Assembly: GCA_049976845.1 (NCBI GenBank)
Contig: JBMFHL010000008.1
Location: forward strand, 1-29,429
DNA length: 29,429 nucleotides
Reading direction: 5' to 3'
DNA from: Candidatus Micrarchaeia archaeon
Lineage (GTDB): Archaea > Micrarchaeota > Micrarchaeia > Micrarchaeales > CABMGC01
In this document: one piece after another, positions 25,212 through 29,429 of the stretch
Layout of the letters: every line of letters begins with the position of its first letter
Numbering within the stretch: position 1 is the stretch's first letter
Program-made: the position numbers and the translations under genes
Notes under the pieces: generated by a model
What the model was told of the DNA's origin: nothing
Seen by the model: only the letters and a program-made list of their open reading frames with translations
The model's database searches: none

Positions 25212-26129
25212 TTATCCAAAAGTAATAACAATAATTGCGAGCATAGCAAGCGCTATGGGTACGCTCAGATTGTCATCGACTTTTATTGGCAGACTTTCAA
25301 CAAAGCTTGCCAGTGCTCCGAATAAAATGCAATATGCGCCTATAAGCGGATATGAAGCAACTGCAACTATTAGAAAATAAACAAGCGACCCTATAACAGA
25401 TTTTCTACTATTATAAGATATTTTCATCTTTCCAAACGTTACTCCGAATATAGTGGCAGCAGGATCTGCAATGAATATTGTAATCAGGATAACCAGCACA
25501 TAACTTATCCCTGTAAACAAGGCAATGGGGACAAGCGACCCTAACGCAAGCCATATTGCGCCATGTCCGAATGTCGTATAATCCCTTTCAAGCTTTCTAA
25601 GAAATTTTGACAAGGTGCCTTTTGTCAATATAACATAATTGCCTGCAGCATAGCCCAATAAAATCAACAAGATAAGCAGAATTTCAGCGCTCTGCATGGC
25701 AATAAAATAAAACAAAGCAATTACCAGAATGCCTATAAGCAACTGCACAACGTCCCTGTTAACCTCAACTGCGTTTGCATCAGGTTTATTGGCTCCTTGC
25801 AGTCGGTGCGTTTCCGAAATCAATCCAAGAAATATCGCTTGCGCAAGATAAATTGCAGGCATGCTAGAAAGGTATGCAATGTATGCAATTGCCAAAATGC
25901 TCAATAAAAAGCCTTTTCTTGATCCGTAGGCAAATGCAACCAAATCAAAGACTATTAGAACAGAAACAAGTAAAGCTGCATTTGCGCCTTCGTAAATGAA
26001 TATCATACTGCCTATAATTGCGAATACAATTAAAGGCAAGAACAACCTAGCGTGTTTTTCCAAAATGCCAGCATAAACCCTGTATGAAAGCAGAATTAAT
26101 GAAACTATATATACCGGATAATAGATCAT
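25212..26129 (-). CDS. dolichol/phytol kinase-like CTP-dependent membrane kinase
   Basis: Polytopic membrane protein with ADPAATIFG, KSVIGS and ESLP..DDNL motifs of the SEC59/VTE5 family. Confidence 0.78.
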   Translation of the reverse strand: MIYYPVYIVSLILLSYRVYAGILEKHARLFLPLIVFAIIGSMIFIYEGANAALLVSVLIVFDLVAFAYGSRKGFLLSILAIAYIAYLSSMPAIYLAQAIFLGLISETHRLQGANKPDANAVEVNRDVVQLLIGILVIALFYFIAMQSAEILLILLILLGYAAGNYVILTKGTLSKFLRKLERDYTTFGHGAIWLALGSLVPIALFTGISYVLVILITIFIADPAATIFGVTFGKMKISYNSRKSVIGSLVYFLIVAVASYPLIGAYCILFGALASFVESLPIKVDDNLSVPIALAMLAIIVITFG

Positions 26130-26162
26130 AATACCATTACAAATATCAGAATCTTCTGCAAA

Positions 26163-27476
26163 TCATTGCAGTATACCCAGATCCCCAAGATTTATCTTTT
26201 CCAAAGCTAACTGTGGGTTTTCATAGTACCCCTTTGCAAATTCATTTATGCCTTTAAGATCTGTAATTCCCAGCTTGTTCAACCTCTCAAGTATCTTTGC
26301 TCTCCTCTCCTCTTCAATTATTATCTCTGAAGGTGTATATCCAGTAAGCCGTGAAAGCGTATCCCTATACGTCACGCTTGGTAGTATCTCAGAGCTCTTA
26401 TGCGTTTTATAATCGTAAGTATACAGGTCTGAAAGCAAAACCTGCGTTTCTATTCCAGATATTTCACTTACCTGCGTTATCTTCCTAACTAACTTTCCAC
26501 CTTCAGGTACCTGCGATACTATTATTATCGTATCAATGAGCGGTATTATATCCATCTCAATGTCCATTGGGGTATGCTGCAACCTTGTTATTACATCCCT
26601 AGCAGTGCTTGCGTGTATAGTTCCCATTGCTATTTTACCTATGTTCATTGCAGTCATCATGTCTTTAGCTTCCGCGCCCCTAACTTCTCCTATTATTACC
26701 CTATCAGGCCTCATCCTGAGAGAATTTTTTACAAGCTCTTCCATTGTAACCTCTGGGCTTGTCTCAAGCCTAACACAATTCTCCTGTGTCGAGCTGTTTA
26801 TCTCGTATGTCTCCTCTATTGCGACTATTCTCTCTTCAGGCCTGAAGAAGCTGAACATTGCATTAAGCAGCGTGGTTTTGCCGCTTGCAGGCATGCCGCC
26901 AATCAGTATGTTTGCAGGCCTTACCTTTAAACCATCGGTATAAATCCAAAGCCTTGCTGCCATCGCATAGCTAAGCTCTCCCCTGTTTATAAGATCTATT
27001 ATACTCATTGCCTGGCTCTTAAAATTCCTTATTGTTATATCTGCACCTAGCGGAGAATCAACAATATTAACCCTCGAGCCGTTTGGCAGGTGCACATCGA
27101 AGACCTTCTCATGTGCAGTAGCGGTAGTTGCATACATCTTGAATTTTTTGACAAGCAAATCAAGCTCAAATTTATTTTCAATTTTCTCTGGAGCTTTCAT
27201 CTGCCCTGCATTTGTAGTATATAAAAATATATTCTGGGTGTTGTTTATCATTATATCTTCAATGTTCTGATCCTTTAGATATTTGTCAACAGGATAAAAT
27301 GTGTTTGCATCATTAATAACAGCATCAATAACATCTTTGCTCGCTGCCGGGTTCAACCCTTTGGCAACCATCTCTATATAGTCCTTTTTTTCCTTATCGC
27401 TTGGCAATGAACTCAGGACGCCACTCAACTGTTCAAATACATCGCTCTCAAACATCTTGAATTCAGAATCATCCAT
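26163..27476 (-). CDS. type II/IV secretion-system (VirB11/CpaF/TadA-like) ATPase
   Basis: IEDIMIN, Walker A GMPASGKTT, Asp box IEETYE, LRMRPDRVIIGEVRG, His box GTIHA. Confidence 0.92.
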   Translation of the reverse strand: MDDSEFKMFESDVFEQLSGVLSSLPSDKEKKDYIEMVAKGLNPAASKDVIDAVINDANTFYPVDKYLKDQNIEDIMINNTQNIFLYTTNAGQMKAPEKIENKFELDLLVKKFKMYATTATAHEKVFDVHLPNGSRVNIVDSPLGADITIRNFKSQAMSIIDLINRGELSYAMAARLWIYTDGLKVRPANILIGGMPASGKTTLLNAMFSFFRPEERIVAIEETYEINSSTQENCVRLETSPEVTMEELVKNSLRMRPDRVIIGEVRGAEAKDMMTAMNIGKIAMGTIHASTARDVITRLQHTPMDIEMDIIPLIDTIIIVSQVPEGGKLVRKITQVSEISGIETQVLLSDLYTYDYKTHKSSEILPSVTYRDTLSRLTGYTPSEIIIEEERRAKILERLNKLGITDLKGINEFAKGYYENPQLALEKINLGDLGILQ

Positions 27477-27530
27477 AGCATCAGCTGAGTATATTTAGCA
27501 AGATAAGTTTTAATCTGTTTCCATGTCTTA

Positions 27531-28109
27531 TTAAGTTGGCAGATACAAACCTATATGCTCATATATAGCAGTGTAAGCCAAAAAGAGTGCTATCAGCATT
27601 ACTAATATCATAACTATAAATTCAAGGTAATACAGATACCTGCTATTTCCCTTTGGATTAATGTTAATTATAGGTGCAAGTACCGCAGCCAGCCCGCTAA
27701 GCATATATAGGCCAAATGAAGGCAAGAAATGAACCCCCGGCTCCAAGTTATAGCTCGCGATGGCATATGCGCCTACGAACAAGTATATGCCTAAGAAAAT
27801 GCCGAGGTAAGAAAGTGAAGAAAGGGCAGTTTTCTTATAAAGCATATAAGCGCCAGCCATCATGAGCAATCCCAAGAAAAGTATGGGGTCCCCGAAAAGT
27901 ATGTTATAGCTGACCAATGGCGCAGTAAACGGCCATGTGAAAGACATGAAAAATCCACTTATGAAATCGAATGCACCTAGCACAAATGCAGGCACTATTA
28001 TCGAGTCCAACTTCCTTCCCTTGACCACATAATAAAAGTAGAGTGCTAAAATAAATGCACTCGAGCCTAGGCTCAGCAACATAATCGCAAGTGGATTCAC
28101 AAACGCCAC
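27531..28109 (-). CDS. membrane protein, DUF981-like
   Basis: About six hydrophobic helices; TWP...SYNILFGDP motif; GTG start after GGTGAG. Confidence 0.65.
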   Translation of the reverse strand: MAFVNPLAIMLLSLGSSAFILALYFYYVVKGRKLDSIIVPAFVLGAFDFISGFFMSFTWPFTAPLVSYNILFGDPILFLGLLMMAGAYMLYKKTALSSLSYLGIFLGIYLFVGAYAIASYNLEPGVHFLPSFGLYMLSGLAAVLAPIININPKGNSRYLYYLEFIVMILVMLIALFLAYTAIYEHIGLYLPT

Positions 28110-28184
28110 GCTCTCACCACTCTTACCTCTGATAGAAATTTTAATAATTTTTCTGTCAAATAGTTGCTTTCAAATAAACAGCAA

Positions 28185-29273
28185 TCAAAATATGCTGTTC
28201 ACAATATCCTCGGGATTATATCTGACAAGCGCATCATAGTTCTCTCCAGTGCCAAAATAAAGTATTGGTATATTAGTATCACTAAGAACTGAGAGTGTGT
28301 TGCCACCCTTTGCGTCGCAATCCAATTTTGTGAGCACTATTCCATCTAGCTTTATGGCATCGTTGAATTCCTTGACCTGTTCCAAAAGTGCATTTCCTGC
28401 GATGCTCTCGCCTACAAATACCTTCAGATCAGGCTTTGCAATTCTCACCATCTTCTTCATCTCCTCAAGCAAGCTCTTGTTTGTCTCCTGCCTGCCTGCG
28501 CTGTCTATTAGCACAACATCTATGCCATGTGCCTTGGAATAAGCTACCGCATCAAAAGCAACACTCGCCGGATCTGCGCCATAAGTGCCTTTTATAACCG
28601 GCACACCAAGCTTGCCTGCATGATAAGCAGTCTGCTCTATTGCGGCAGCCCTGAAAGTATCACTTGCCGACATAGTGCATGAAAACCCTTCTTTCAAGAG
28701 CATATTTGCAATTTTTGCTATAGTTGTAGTCTTCCCTGAGCCATTTGGTCCTATAAAAAGTATCCTGAAAGGGTCTCCAGGCGCTTGCGCCTTCTTCTCT
28801 TTCACGAGCTTTACAATGTCAATGCCTGAGCCTTTGCTGAGAATATTGAATAGCGCATCTTTCAAAATCTTATTTATGTTGCCTTCTATGTCCTTTGCAT
28901 CTATCTCCTTGTCTATAAGCATCTCCTTGGCGTTTTGTATGAACCTTTCAGCTACATCATAGTTTACATCCGATTGCAGCAAGGCTATCTTTAATTGCTC
29001 AAGCAGATAGTCAACGTCACCCTCCTTTATTTTTACCTTTTGAAATATGACTCCTTTTATTTTAGTCGAAGCAGAAACCTTTGCCTTAATCTCATGTTTT
29101 TCCTCTTCGGCAGTTTTCTTCTGCTCCTTGCTTTCCTTGTGCTCTACCTCTTCCTGTAAACCTATATTCTCTTCTGCTTTTTCTTCTCGCTTCTTTTCTT
29201 CTGCCTCTATCTCCTCCTTTTTTGTCAATGAGCCTACAAAATTAGAAAGTTTCTTTTTTATGGATTCAAACAT
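28185..29273 (-). CDS. ftsY: signal recognition particle receptor FtsY
   Basis: MFESIKKKL start, acidic region, GPNGSGKTTT, DTFRAAA, DSAGR, TKLD.DAKGG. ATG 29273 is preferred over the ORF-track start at 29309. Confidence 0.96.
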   Translation of the reverse strand: MFESIKKKLSNFVGSLTKKEEIEAEEKKREEKAEENIGLQEEVEHKESKEQKKTAEEEKHEIKAKVSASTKIKGVIFQKVKIKEGDVDYLLEQLKIALLQSDVNYDVAERFIQNAKEMLIDKEIDAKDIEGNINKILKDALFNILSKGSGIDIVKLVKEKKAQAPGDPFRILFIGPNGSGKTTTIAKIANMLLKEGFSCTMSASDTFRAAAIEQTAYHAGKLGVPVIKGTYGADPASVAFDAVAYSKAHGIDVVLIDSAGRQETNKSLLEEMKKMVRIAKPDLKVFVGESIAGNALLEQVKEFNDAIKLDGIVLTKLDCDAKGGNTLSVLSDTNIPILYFGTGENYDALVRYNPEDIVNSIF

Positions 29274-29429
29274 TTCGCTCACTGCCGATACTTTCAAGCT
29301 CGAATGCAATATTTATAAGTTCTTTTTCTATCTTATTTTTCTGTTCGGCAATCTGCTTTAACAGCTCTTCTTGCCTCTTCGCGCTTGAGCTAAGGAACTC
29401 CTTTGCCTCTTCAACATTCTTCTCAACGA
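29266..29429 (-). CDS. pfdA: prefoldin subunit alpha, 3' fragment (not in the ORF track)
   Basis: Manual translation gives VEKNVEEAKEFLSSSAKRQEELLKQIAEQKNKIEKELINIAFELESIGSERNV*. The VEK..EEA.EFL plus coiled-coil pattern fits, and pfdA-ftsY is a common archaeal gene pair; the stop overlaps the ftsY start. Confidence 0.75.
   Translation of the reverse strand, partial: VEKNVEEAKEFLSSSAKRQEELLKQIAEQKNKIEKELINIAFELESIGSERNV

Overview
A 29.4 kb core-genome segment of an archaeon, most likely DPANN and Micrarchaeota-like. That placement is an inference from the compact gene packing, GGTG(A) ribosome-binding sites, split Rpo1N/Rpo1C and tRNAs with tiny non-canonical introns. It encodes RNA polymerase subunits (rpo1N 3' part, rpo1C, rpo3, rpo10), an Sm-like protein, a wHTH regulator-grpE-dnaK-dnaJ operon, a presenilin-like protease, MCM, MetRS, class II LysRS, seven ribosomal proteins, ThpR, a type IV pilus-type ATPase, a pilin-like protein, FtsY and the 3' end of prefoldin alpha. 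Six tRNA genes are present, and four of them carry six bulge-helix-bulge/loop introns in total. The most striking observations are four. First, a tRNA-Pro with an A34 anticodon (AGG) and two T-arm introns whose splice motifs exclude each other, implying ordered splicing. Second, strongly substituted bridge-helix and trigger-loop motifs in the RNA polymerase. Third, a CheD-like protein lacking the catalytic residues. Fourth, a candidate heat-shock regulator with an inverted repeat over its own promoter. No CRISPR array, rRNA or recognisable mobile element was seen.
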